Below are positions 45,866 to 57,452 of a stretch of 64,000 nt of DNA, one piece after another; position 1 is the first letter of the stretch; each line of letters opens with the position of its first letter. Under the pieces are notes generated by a model that was not told where the DNA came from, made no database searches, and saw nothing but the letters and a program-made list of their open reading frames with translations. The position numbers and the translations under genes are program-made. Location: contig OZ374558.1 in assembly GCA_977862235.1 (NCBI GenBank), positions 806,001-870,000 of the forward strand, written 5' to 3'. This DNA is from Dudresnaya verticillata (taxonomy: Eukaryota).

Positions 45866-47731
45866 AACGTTACAATGTTAGAACGGGGACCAACAATTCG
45901 TTGGGGGCAGACCCATCTTCTGGAACCGACAATGCCAGTGAGTGATTGCGATGTAGAATAAGGAGAAGGTGGAAGGCTGTGTACGGCTGCTTGTCTTCAG
46001 TTTGTAGTACGGGTTAACCATAACATGGTGACATGGTATCACGTAAAAGGGACGTTCATCTCTCGCCATCTGTAGTGATATATTAGACGCTTGCTACTAT
46101 GCCTATACTAGCAACACAATATGCAAGATCATAGCTGGTTGGCAGTGAAGTAGTGAAGTATAGTAGATAGCTTGTAGAGTAACTGTTACGGTAACACTTG
46201 AGTTGGCGTGCTTTTCGTTTTAGAGAGAAGGAAGGCATAATCAAGTACCCGTGCAATTCCTTTTCACCGGGGATATTTCGGGACTTTGGATACGTATGTG
46301 TGCGTGGAGGTCTTGAGGGAAAGAAGTCTCCCCTCCATCATACCAATATCGTATGCCCCTTCAGAAACAAAACCTCAAACATGCATGTGCTTTGTTCTTG
46401 GTCCGACTGGCGAGTAACAAGTGGTCCGTTGCTTCTGCCTGGGATTTCATGAACGGAGTGTGATTTCAGTCTTTGGAATGGGAATGCTCTTGAAACTCAT
46501 GTTGGTCAAATAAGAGTTAAAGGTTCGTATGTACCTGTGGTAGGTATTCTGAGTCTTATTGTTGTTCCAGTCTTCTCGAAAGCCTTGCGAATATTTCTTT
46601 TGCATAACGCGCCCATGAACCGTACTAGAGTATCTCCTTTGTTATAGAAATGTAGAGGCGAGTAACGCAACTCAGTCCCAATGTGCAACTCAAAAATGAA
46701 AAGGCCTATTACGAATAGATGCAAAACAACGTTGTTCTACAAAGGTTTAATGAGACCTTTACGTATAGGAAAGACTGCATACTTTTATAATGGTAGGTAC
46801 TTCTGACTGAGCCTTGCACCGCAGCCTCGAAATAGTACAAGCTTGTCTGCGTTGGAGCTTGCCATCGCCAGGAAGCTCAATTATCCCAACTACATCCCGG
46901 AGTTGAGGAAGTGCCAGAACCCCCGGTGCGCAACTGTCTACCTTACGAGTACTTTTCACGATCCAAAGGGATCAAGATGACAACATACTACGTCTGTCTC
47001 CTTCAGTCGCCCTTGACCGGCCGCAAAAAATAGTATCCATGACCCTCTCAAAGCCTCAGAACCGACAACGTGAAGCCAAAAGCCAAACCAAAGTTTTGCA
47101 TGCATATTAGACTCTACTGCGTCTCGACCAGAATCAATACAATATTGGTCCATCTCCTTCTACGCTGTGCTTCTCCACGGGCGATTTTAAGCGAGCCGAC
47201 ATCACGACTGCCTCACTTTCTCCTTCTCTCAGTATCAGTATTAAGGTCTACTGCACCATGTCCGTCATCATTTTTCGCTACTCCTTTTCGAACGCTCGTT
47301 CGACGGTAACTGCCTGAATTTGACAGCCTGAACTACAATTCTAAACAAACAGACCCAAACCGGCTCGTCATGTTGACTACAGGAATTGCAAGCAACCCGT
47401 TAATTCGCAACGTCGAACGGAAATTGCAGGGGAAGCGTGATAATATTTGTGCCCAAGGTAAAATGGCCTCATTATCACAGTCTTGTCGCTACTTGTGGTC
47501 CCGCCTGCCTGCAGTGTCCGACCAACAACACAAATGGTCCCCAGAAGTGGTGCAGCCTGAGGTGTATAAATACCGAGCTGGCTTCACCATCTTACCCTTC
47601 CTGTGACTCCTTTTGCTCGCCACGCACTTCAAGCACCCCGGCTCATCCTCACTCCTGTCTTCAAAAGCACCATCGCTGCTGCACTCCGAACAACTCTGCC
47701 TTAACAGAAAAGTACAGCAACCAATCTCACC

Positions 47732-48847
47732 ATGACGCAGCAAACCCATCCCCTCTCAAAGCTCGACCCGAACGCGCCCTCATTCGTTCCTCGTGTCCCG
47801 TCACCAGCAGACTGGACTCGGGCCTCCTTTTACCACCCCGACCAACCCACAACCTACGAAGAGTGGTTGTATAATTCTGCGAGATCATCTACTCATCTGT
47901 ACGGTACAACAGTACTTTCCGAAGGATACGGGCTCGTGACTGATGCGCCGCAGCCTCATTTGAGCCATTGGCACGCCCCAGTCGAATACCCTGCGTCATT
48001 CGGATATAACTTTGGGTACCAGGGTACCAACCCAATGTGTAATATGCATCCGCAGGTCTATTCGTATTGTGCCACCGGTGCATTCCAACAGCAGCCTGTT
48101 TTGTACTCGGTGTGGCAACCGTGCCATGCGGCCCTAGACCCCACAGTCGTGCCGCAAGATCTGGCTGTTGCTTCTCCAACGTCGAATACCAAGATTGGGG
48201 TTTCACTGTCCCACTCCAATACGATTTCGGTGAAACCACTACAGCGCGGTTTGGCTACACCTGCTTCCAAGGTACCGTCAATGGAGAACGCAAACAAGAA
48301 GGAGGTGACCATTTCGACAGAACGCTCTTTATCCAACGTGGGTACCAAATTACCGCAGCAGGGAGAAGGTGCGCGTCCCGAGGAATCACAGAGGGAGTCG
48401 ACCGACCCGGATCTCCCCAATGGTCGTCTTCAGACGTCAGATCGATCGGGGGCAATTGCTTCAACAAAGCAAAAACAGGCACGACTAGAAATGAGGGCTT
48501 CCAGCACTCGAGGTACGGCTCAGGAAGGCAATCGAACTTCCAAATCGCGGTCGCATCAGCACCGAAGCCAAAACAATGTGTCAACTCCGAAGAGACGTTT
48601 GCATCAGAAGCGGAACAAGAGGCCGGAAGTACCAGCCAAGAATGAGAAAAACTTTCCACCTCTCCCAGCTTCGAATGCCGGCTTCGTTCCAGACGTGTCC
48701 AAGTCGACTTTCGCTAACAGGCCAAGGCCAAAACAGACGGAACAAGGCCAAACCCGAAAGCAAGAAAGCAACCCACTGGGTGATCGACTTCGAGGAGGGC
48801 CCAAACCCGTTCCAAGGAAAAGGGAACTTCTGGTACTAAATCGCTAA
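47732..48847 (+). CDS. PAM2-motif protein (copy 2)
   Basis: Same 371-aa ORF as 42359..43474. Confidence 0.72.
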   Translation: MTQQTHPLSKLDPNAPSFVPRVPSPADWTRASFYHPDQPTTYEEWLYNSARSSTHLYGTTVLSEGYGLVTDAPQPHLSHWHAPVEYPASFGYNFGYQGTNPMCNMHPQVYSYCATGAFQQQPVLYSVWQPCHAALDPTVVPQDLAVASPTSNTKIGVSLSHSNTISVKPLQRGLATPASKVPSMENANKKEVTISTERSLSNVGTKLPQQGEGARPEESQRESTDPDLPNGRLQTSDRSGAIASTKQKQARLEMRASSTRGTAQEGNRTSKSRSHQHRSQNNVSTPKRRLHQKRNKRPEVPAKNEKNFPPLPASNAGFVPDVSKSTFANRPRPKQTEQGQTRKQESNPLGDRLRGGPKPVPRKRELLVLNR

Positions 48848-50051
48848 ACAGAAACCCTGGTGATACGAAACATATCTAACGTTTATAGACGTTTTGAGCT
48901 GCAACGCAGACACGTATAATATTGCATAGACCGGGTGGAATGTAAGGGGCAGTGCTTCTTCTCTGTTGGCAGTTGCTTGCAACTCTATAACTTGCTATAA
49001 CTTGCTGCTGTCCCACACACAATACTTTTGCTTTGCCCTTGCAGCTGCAAGGGAGAAAGCTTCACCTTATGCAAGAAGTCTATGTAAACATTGCCGTCGG
49101 TCGTATTTCTTTAATGAGGGTTTAGTTTCTAATTTAATAAAGCGCGCGCGCTCCCTCTCTCTATTCATAGTGCATTAACTGTGCTGCCTGTTTCTCATCT
49201 CCCCGCTGTTCTAGAGCAACACACAATCCGTCATGCCTCCTGGCCAGTGTGGCAGGGTGGCTTTGTCTAGACCGGCTATGAACAAACTCCCCGGCCCTTC
49301 GTTAAAGTCTAGGCGTGGAGACGACCAAGATCAACTCTACGCAACTTTCATCTCGACGGTGAATGGGCTGAACGTCATTCCGCATTCGAATGTGGCGCTG
49401 ACTTCGAGCTCTGTGTTTCCGATGAGTTTCGACTGTGTGTCCATGACCATATCCGTGTCCATTGATCGGCAACCGCGTCAGTCGTTCACGCACAACAACG
49501 CAACATTGAAAGACAGCTCGAGCTGGTGCGTACACGTGGATTACTCGCGGCTACTGTAATTATCACCGGCGATTGCCAGTGTGTTTTACATGTTTTAGAT
49601 CCTTCCGTGTGATCCAAGCGGTGCAATTCCTCCTGGCCCCTACCGAGTCCTTGCGAAGCCCGGCGCGACCGCCGTCGGGGGCCGTCCCGGCTCACCGCAA
49701 TCCACGTTCACCGTCGGGGTCGTACCGGTTTCGGCAAACCGGCAAACGGCCGGCAGCCACGGTCAAAACCCATTCATAAACCCGGGCAAAGAGGGCGTCT
49801 CCCTGCCCAGGTGACCACATCGCAACAGCTCTCACCGCACTCATCGCCCTGCCCCGTCCCACACCAGGTGGCATCATCGCAACAGCTCTCACTGCACGTA
49901 TTACCCTGCCCCGCCCCGCCCCGCCCAGCCGCACCCCACCCTGCCCCGGTCTCCCGTCCGGGCCCTCCTCCCTCCTTCCCTTCCCTGCGACAGGAGCTCC
50001 TCCTCCTCCTCCCCACCCCTCCCCTTCACACTTCCCCTTGCTCTCTTCCCA

Positions 50052-51239
50052 ATGACTCGTTACACTGGGCACCCGCCCGGACCGCATCACTCAGCTCCGC
50101 TTCCATCTCCCTATTCCCCGTTTGCCGTTCCGTCTTACACGACGGCCGGTATGATTCAGAGCTTTCCGTATCCCGCCCGCCAAGCCTTCCTACCTCCCTA
50201 CCAGGCCTTCTTCCCAATCCAGCCAGGGACAAACACATACAAGGCGCGGCCTGTTTCTTTGGCCTACACTTATCGTGACGAATATCGAGGTGCAAGCTTC
50301 TCTGTTCCGAGTCCGCGTACGAGTCATTGGCCCCTTGTGGCGCCGCCTGTACCCCCACATCGTCAGGACGCGCCCCATTCGCGAGACGGGCTCAATGGCA
50401 GGGATATGCACTCGGCCTCCGGCCCTGGGATGGGAAGTTCTCTCACAGAAAGTCGGTCCCCATCCATGATTCAGCACTGGAGCCCGCCGGGACAGGCAGC
50501 GTCGGCAGTCCCTTGGCAAACAACTCCAGGACAGCCCCATCCACAGACTCACGGGCGGACGGTTCCGCGATTGCAGTTCCAGGCGCAAACGCAGCCAGTC
50601 CCGCAAGTACAGCCTCCATCGCAGCCGAACACGAACCCAAAACCACACCAGAACCCTCACCAGAGCCTGCATCCGCACCCGTATCCTCAGCCACTGGTGC
50701 AGCCACGGCCTCATCTGCCGGCCCATTGGCAGCCTTCGACTCACACGCCGTCTCAAGTTCCCGAGCCACAGGCGCAGGGGGTTGGAAGGTCGGAGGAGAA
50801 GAACGATCTACACCCACAGGCACAGGATCCGCCGCAGCCACAGATTCGATCTTCAACATCGCACCAGACGCAGGCTGGGCGGATTGCGTGCGGACAGTGT
50901 GGCAAAACATTTGCCCAGCAGGCCAACCTGGCTCGTCACAAGCACAACGTCCACGATCTGCTGCGTCCCTTCGCGTGCAACAGATGTACGAAGACGTTCG
51001 GGCGAAAAGATAGCCTCAAGGCCCACGTTGACAATGTTCATCTCGGGATAAGGCCACATAAATGCGGATGGTGCGAAAAAGCGTTCGGTTCCAAGAAGCA
51101 GCTCAAGAACCACGTTGATCCGATGCATAAGAATCTGAGGAATCACAAGTGCCAATCCTGTGGAGTATCGTTCAAACACCGTTCGAGCCTCAGGAGCCAT
51201 CGCATAACCAGGCATCAAGGTGAAGCTTCACACAACTAA
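50052..51239 (+). CDS. C2H2 zinc-finger protein (copy 3, 5 amino-acid differences)
   Basis: Intact 395-aa ORF with four fingers. Confidence 0.92.
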   Translation: MTRYTGHPPGPHHSAPLPSPYSPFAVPSYTTAGMIQSFPYPARQAFLPPYQAFFPIQPGTNTYKARPVSLAYTYRDEYRGASFSVPSPRTSHWPLVAPPVPPHRQDAPHSRDGLNGRDMHSASGPGMGSSLTESRSPSMIQHWSPPGQAASAVPWQTTPGQPHPQTHGRTVPRLQFQAQTQPVPQVQPPSQPNTNPKPHQNPHQSLHPHPYPQPLVQPRPHLPAHWQPSTHTPSQVPEPQAQGVGRSEEKNDLHPQAQDPPQPQIRSSTSHQTQAGRIACGQCGKTFAQQANLARHKHNVHDLLRPFACNRCTKTFGRKDSLKAHVDNVHLGIRPHKCGWCEKAFGSKKQLKNHVDPMHKNLRNHKCQSCGVSFKHRSSLRSHRITRHQGEASHN

Positions 51240-51640
51240 AACGTTACAATGTTAGAACGGGGACCAACAATTCGTTGGGGGCAGACCCATCTTCTGGAAC
51301 CGACAATGCCAGTGAGTGATTGCGATGTAGAATAGAGAGAAGGTGGAAGGCTGTGTACGGCTGCTTTTCTTCAGTTTGTAGTACGGGTTAACCATAACAT
51401 GGTGACATGGTATCACGTAAAAGGGACGTTCATCTCTTGCCATCTGTAGTGATATATTAGACGCTTGCTACTATGCCTATACTAGCAACACAATATGCAA
51501 GATCATAGCTGGTTGGCAGTGAAGTAGTGAAGTATAGTAGATAGCTTGTAGAGTAACTGTTACGGTAACACTTGCGTTGGCGTGCTTTTCGTTTTAGAGA
51601 GAAGGAAGGCATAATCAAGTACCCTTGCAATGCCTTTTCA

Positions 51641-51910
51641 TGTGCTGTAAAGCCTGTATGGAAATGAAAAGGTACTACTGAGGATAGAGAGCAATGCCGA
51701 TCGTTCTACGGTTTATCGATCATAAGCTATCAACGATACGTTCGTCGATACTCTGTTATATATATCGTATGAGCAATACCGATATGCCATCAGGATGAAT
51801 GCGCTCATGCCAACGAGAACAGGACCAACGCAGAATGTTCGAGGCCTCCATGTAAGGACAATAACAGTCCTAGAGCCACCAATCTACCGTGGTAAGTTCC
51901 GTCCTTTCTC
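51641..51910 (+). repeat. Direct terminal repeat A of the YR element (also 56416-56685 and 61191-61460)
   Basis: TGTGCTGTAAAGCC...GTCCTTTCTC present three times; contains TATATATA. Confidence 0.9.
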
Positions 51911-51972
51911 TTCAGAGTTGTTCTCTGAGTCGAAAGGAGACGCTGGTCATTTACAGTGTGAACCTTCAGAAT

Positions 51973-52573
51973 ATGAGTAATTCTCTACCAACAGATCACT
52001 TCCTCAGTCCCGAGGCGACTGACTACACTGACGTTATTAATCGCCTTAGTGCTCTTCAACTCGCCGGAAGAGCACCACTTTGGCCCCGATCAGGGTTCGT
52101 ACAACCTAATCAGACAGGCTATTTTAAACCAGAGACAGTCCTGTGCCGCGAGACCTACCGCAAAGACCGCCGTAACGGCAAAGAGCTGGAGTACATCCAC
52201 TCTGCAGGCGCCTGGGTCGAACAGGCTCTCGAAGCGTTTGTTCCTGGCTGAGGTCGAGGCTGATGCTGCAAAACAGGGATGTCTCTTTAAACTTGTTTTC
52301 CTGTCTTTGGAAGGTGCCGAAGAGGTGCTGGCGATGCGCACGGCGCATTTCAAGACTGTTTTGGAGAAGGGCCCTGCAGTTGCTCGACAGTTGGCTGACT
52401 TGGTCGAGACAAAAGTGGTGGCACAACGGGAACAGATTCCGTCTGAACTCTATTCTTCTGTGTTTAAGGAATTTTCTGCAAAGTATACTATCGAGACAGC
52501 CAAATCACTGACTAAACAGGAGGTTGGTAACACGGAGACAAAAGGGAGTTCCGCGAAATCCAAGGAATCCTAA
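51973..52573 (+). pseudogene. gag-like ORF1 of the YR element, frameshifted (copy 2 at 56748-57348)
   Basis: Position before RT; overlapping ORFs 51889..52251 and 52049..52573. Confidence 0.55.
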
Positions 52574-52677
52574 ACAGGGATTCGCTCGCATCGATCACGG
52601 TGGAGCCCTCCTCGTGGATGCAGTCCTGGTCACAGGGCCGTTGGTTCCACACTCAGAAGAAATCCCTTGCGTGTAAT

Positions 52678-55473
52678 ATGATCGGAGCAACAGCTTACAT
52701 CATCCGCCTGCTACAGTACGGCATCTGGTGCCCCCGGATATTCCATTTACCGAGGGCTTAATCCTTCCACAAATACTTCAGTCACCCAAGGACCTTCGAT
52801 TTGCAACCAAGGACCTCGAACAAGGGTGCCAGCTGGGCTATTATCAACTCATCAGTCGGAAATATGCCAAGCGCTGCGTAAATCGAGGCAAGCTGGTGTC
52901 GTCTGCATTTCTACAATGGTAAAGAGGGAAACCTCGCTTCGTTATCAATCTGAAAAAACAGAGTCAACATTGGCGGAAGCGTTCCGTGCAGATGGAGTCG
53001 CTGAGCTTGTTTTCATCCTGCTTAGTACGGGAGACCGCTTGCTTTCGTTCGACTGGAAATCTGGATACCGTCATTTTCGACTACATCCACGTATGTGGGA
53101 TTGGTTTATTTTTCGTTACAACGGACAGTACTACCGCTGTATAGCCCTCCCGTTCCGGTGGACGCGCAGCCCTTACTGATTCTGCCATATAATGAGCCCT
53201 TTAACGAGATACATGAGAGAGAAGATGGGACTAAGGGTCTTGGTCTGGATAGACGACTATCTCATAGCCCCTGGTACCGACAACAGTCCAAGCACGCCCG
53301 CGTACTGTCGCCATATCTGTCATCCTCGACAACCTTTTCGCAAAGCTCGGGATGCTCCGCCGTCCGGAAAACGGCGTATGGGGCCCCGGTGCCACGCGAA
53401 TAGAACATCTAGGAGTGATAATAGACACCGAGTCGTTTCGTTTCTACATAACACCCAGAAACTGGAATCGATTCATGGAATGGGATCCCTACTACTACAG
53501 CAGAGCGCGACAGGTCGTCGATATGTCAGCGAGTCACTCCTAGTCTCCTTCACGAGCAGAGCTGTACCTCAGCTGCTTCCAGTCCCCCTTGCCTGATTGT
53601 TTACCCGCTCCCTTTATACAGCCCTCCGAGACCGCCCCGACGGGGGGTTGGAAAGGGACGTCGCGTGTCATTGTCAAACCAATCCTTACGGGACTTACGG
53701 TCTTGGCGCAGAATGCTACAAGGGGACGGATGCCTACTGTGCTGCGGCCGAGATTCGTGGATGTAGTATAGACGTCGGGTCTATCCGACGTCTGATACTT
53801 GCTGATCCGAAGCCGCCACACAGACCCGTCGATGGGTAGCTGTTGGGGTTGGTTGAGCGGTGTCGGCCGCGTGCGCCCCGCAGGTGCGGATCGACGGCGT
53901 CGATGCCGGAGCGCGCACGGGGCGTACCGTACGCGGGTAGGCAGCGGCCGGATCCCAGCGTCCCTGTCGAAGGGCGGCACGAAGCCGACGAAAAGGAAAA
54001 GGAAAGGGGAAAGGTTAGCGAGGCAAGGGGAAGAAGGGAAACCGCCCGCTGGCATAAGGCAAAGGGATCGAACCCGAAAAGGTTGGGGGCAAGCTTCAGC
54101 GCGAGCTGTTGCTTGCCCGGTTTACTGAGCCGTCGATGGCCGACGGTCTTAAATACCCTACACTATGTGCACTACGACTACTTCTACAGTAGGTGCGCCC
54201 CACAACACCAACGCGGGAGGTGTGCGAGCGCGCGCCCATACACGTGTCGACACGTCCGAGTAACGGTTACCCGTGGGCGCGCGCGGGGCGTAACGGGCAG
54301 CGGCCCTCTCAACGGCTCGATGCCGGAGAGCGTCACAGGGGCGCGCCGTGTGCGGCACGGCGCGCGGCCGCTGCCGGCAGCAATGCGGTCGACCGCTACT
54401 AATTTCAACGAAAAAACTAAGGGCACGCTGCCCAACCACGACTCGCCAGCGGGCGTCATCGTGTGCACCATTACAGTGCGGCGCTGCCAGCATACCTTAC
54501 AGCCGCTGCTGGTAGTGTGCTGACAGCTATACTACAGTGGAACCTGCACACCGACGCCGCAGATGTCTGTTTTGGGGGTACTTTAGGGAGAGACCTCACA
54601 CCCGGGGCACCAGGATCTATCGAGGTGCAAGGCGTTTGGTCTCCGTTCCGGCGATTACAATCAATCAACCTACGAGATCTAGTGGCCGTCAGAAAATCTC
54701 TAGAGGACGCAGCAGTATCGGCGGTACTAACAGGATGCAACAAAAGAATATTGTTGCACGTAGACAACCAGGTCTTCCTGAGAGTTATCACCAACATGGT
54801 TTCGTCCAGTCCGGTACTAATGGACGAACTCCGCATGCTACACCACCTTCTAGAACGGATGAAAATTCAGATCAGGGCCGAATGGCTCCCCTCGGCAGTG
54901 AACAAATGGGCAGACCGCCTGAGTCGGACGTGGAATCCCCACGACCTGAGAGCTACGCCCTCCATCTTGGGATCACTAACCACATCACTCCAGTTGCAGC
55001 AGGTCCGCCGGTACTGGCCCTTGGGAGAAGCACCCGCAGCCAGGATGAAGACAATCCGCGCTCAATTCAACGAGAGTTGGGGGGACGGGAGGAGCAGACT
55101 CTGGAACCCACCTCCACAATGGCTCTCAGCGACCATAATGAAGATCAAGCGCGAGCAAGCACATGGAATCTTGGTCGCCCCGTTCTGGCCCGGGACGAAC
55201 TGGTGGCGGCTCTTACAGTGCATCACTCTCTCGGTACGCAAGCTGAAACCATCGCAGGGGCCATTGTTCAGCACCCATCACCCCAACCCCGCTTGGTCGC
55301 TAATTCTGGCAGAGGTCGGCATGCGGCCTCCGGGTATATCATGGAATCTATCAGGTCTCAACTTCCCAATACACCAGCTGGACGAACATCACTTGACTTA
55401 TCCCGGCCTTCTATCGACCACAGTACCGATGCTACTAAATCCTCCCAGTGGGAAAATTCAAACGCTTCTGTGA
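52678..55473 (+). pseudogene. RT-RNase H-methyltransferase-like ORF of the YR element, with frameshifts, stops and a solo-LTR insertion
   Basis: SFDWKSGYRHF, ALPF.W..SPY, VWIDDYL; HTDAA, INLRDL, VDNQ, NKWADRLSR; W...LWNPP..LVAPFWP..WW. Confidence 0.88.
53762..54536 (-). mobile_element. Solo LTR (775 bp) with 5-bp TSD GTGGA
   Basis: TGTAGTATAG...CTATACTACA perfect inverted ends; GTGGA on both sides; strand inferred from TATA/CT-rich layout. Confidence 0.92.
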
Positions 55474-56350
55474 GTTAGAGGGGCACCAATCCCTTCCAGC
55501 GTCCATTGGAACAGTATTGGCCTACATCGTTTATCTTTATGAGGAAGGTAGGGTACACTCAAGTTCCCTACAACACTATCTATCTACAATAACAACTACA
55601 CACCAGAGGCACCAATTGGCTGATCTCTGTACAGGACAGGCCCATAAGGATCTTTCCCGTGCATTTTCTCGGGCCGACGACGCAAGAGGTCAGCTGCAAG
55701 ATACCCGTGCCGCACTGCCGGCTTCAATTTTATATCGAATCCGTACCTTGGGACTACTAGAAGAGGACGGTTCCGAGATCCAATATCAAGCGGCGTTAGT
55801 AGAGTTCCAGTTCCTCATGTCTTGCCGGGAGAGCTCAGCCCGAACACTGCTGCGCGAAGACGTGGAAATGCGGATCGGTTCACCATCAGACGACACAGAT
55901 AACTCAGCACTCACTATCTCAGCCGATCTCGAAATATGAAAGGCAGACCAGTGCGGGGAGCTCCTGCAAATATTCTAACCTGTTAAGGAGAAGGCAGCAA
56001 TAATGCACTAGCCTTGCAACTCGGTTACTTTAATTTGCAACTGAACACACCACTGACGGAACAGTATTGATCGTATCAGGGAACTGTACCATCCCCACAG
56101 GATGTTACCAACATATTACGTCGTCTTTTACATAATCTCCAAGTTCATCCTCCACCACACTGTTACTACGCCTCTCACAGCTTGCGTAGTGGCTCGGTGT
56201 CAAGCCAGATCCTGGCAGGGGTTCCTCTTCCAGTAGTCGTACAGCGCGGCCAATGGAGCTCGGACAGGATGGTCACGAACGTTTTTTTATGGAAGACTGA
56301 AGTTCACAAAGGAAATGGTCCATTATTTCCGGTGCCTCATCCCTTCAAAC
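55341..56350 (+). pseudogene. Tyrosine recombinase of the YR element, disrupted
   Basis: W.KF..FC N-terminal helix, YLS.I...H, FLMSCRES (catalytic R), SHSLRSG (HxxR), RGQWSS. Confidence 0.88.
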
Positions 56351-57452
56351 TCGGCACCTCCCCCGCAAGGTGCTCCGAGGCGTTCCTGAAACGCCCTCTC
56401 CGTTATCGGTTTTCGTGTGCTGTAAAGCCTGTACGGAAATGAAAAGGTACTACTGCGGATAGAGAGCAATGCCGATCGTTCTACGGTTTATCGATCATAA
56501 GCTATCAACGATACGTTCGTCGATACTCTGTTATATATATCGTATGAGCAATGCCAATATGCCATCAGGATGAATGCGCTCAATCCAACGAGAACAGGAC
56601 CAACGCAGAATGTTCGAGGCCTCCATATAAGGACAATAACAGTCCTAGAGCCACCAATCTACCGTGGTAAGTTCCGTCCTTTCTCTTCAGAGTTGTTCTC
56701 TGAGTCGAAAGGAGACGCTGGTCATTTACAGTGTGAACCTTCAGAATATGAGTAATTCTCTACCAACAGATCACTTCCTCAGTCCCGAGGCGACTGACTA
56801 CACTGACGTTATTAATCGCCTTAGTGCTCTTCAACTCGCCGGAAGAGCACCACTTTGGCCCCGATCAGGGTTCGTACAACCTAATCAGACAGGCTATTTT
56901 AAACCAGAGACAGTCCTGTGCCGCGAGACCTACCGCAAAGACCGCCGTAACGGCAAAGAGCTGGAGTACATCCACTCTGCAGGCGCCTGGGTCGAACAGG
57001 CTCTCGAAGCGTTTGTTCCTGGCTGAGGTCGAGGCTGATGCTGCAAAACAGGGATGTCTCTTTAAACTTGTTTTCCTGTCTTTGGAAGGTGCCGAAGAGG
57101 TGCTGGCGATGCGCACGGCGCATTTCAAGACTGTTTTGGAGAAGGGCCCTGCAGTTGCTCGACAGTTGGCTGACTTGGTCGAGACAAAAGTGGTGGCACA
57201 ACGGGAACAGATTCCGTCTGAACTCTATTCTTCTGTGTTTAAGGAATTTTCTGCAAAGTATACTATCGAGACAGCCAAATCACTGACTAAACAGGAGGTT
57301 GGTAACACGGAGACAAAAGGGAGTTCCGCGAAATCCAAGGAATCCTAAACAGGGATTCGCTCGCATCGATCACGGTGGAGCCCTCCTCGTGGATGCAGTC
57401 CTGGTCACAGGGCCGTTGGTTCCACACTCAGAAGAAATCCCTTGCGTGTAAT

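Noticed and set aside
54537..55340. 313-aa ORF overlapping RNase H
   Set aside because: Only its last ~45 codons look like the YR N-terminus; the rest is an overlapping frame with no support as a separate protein
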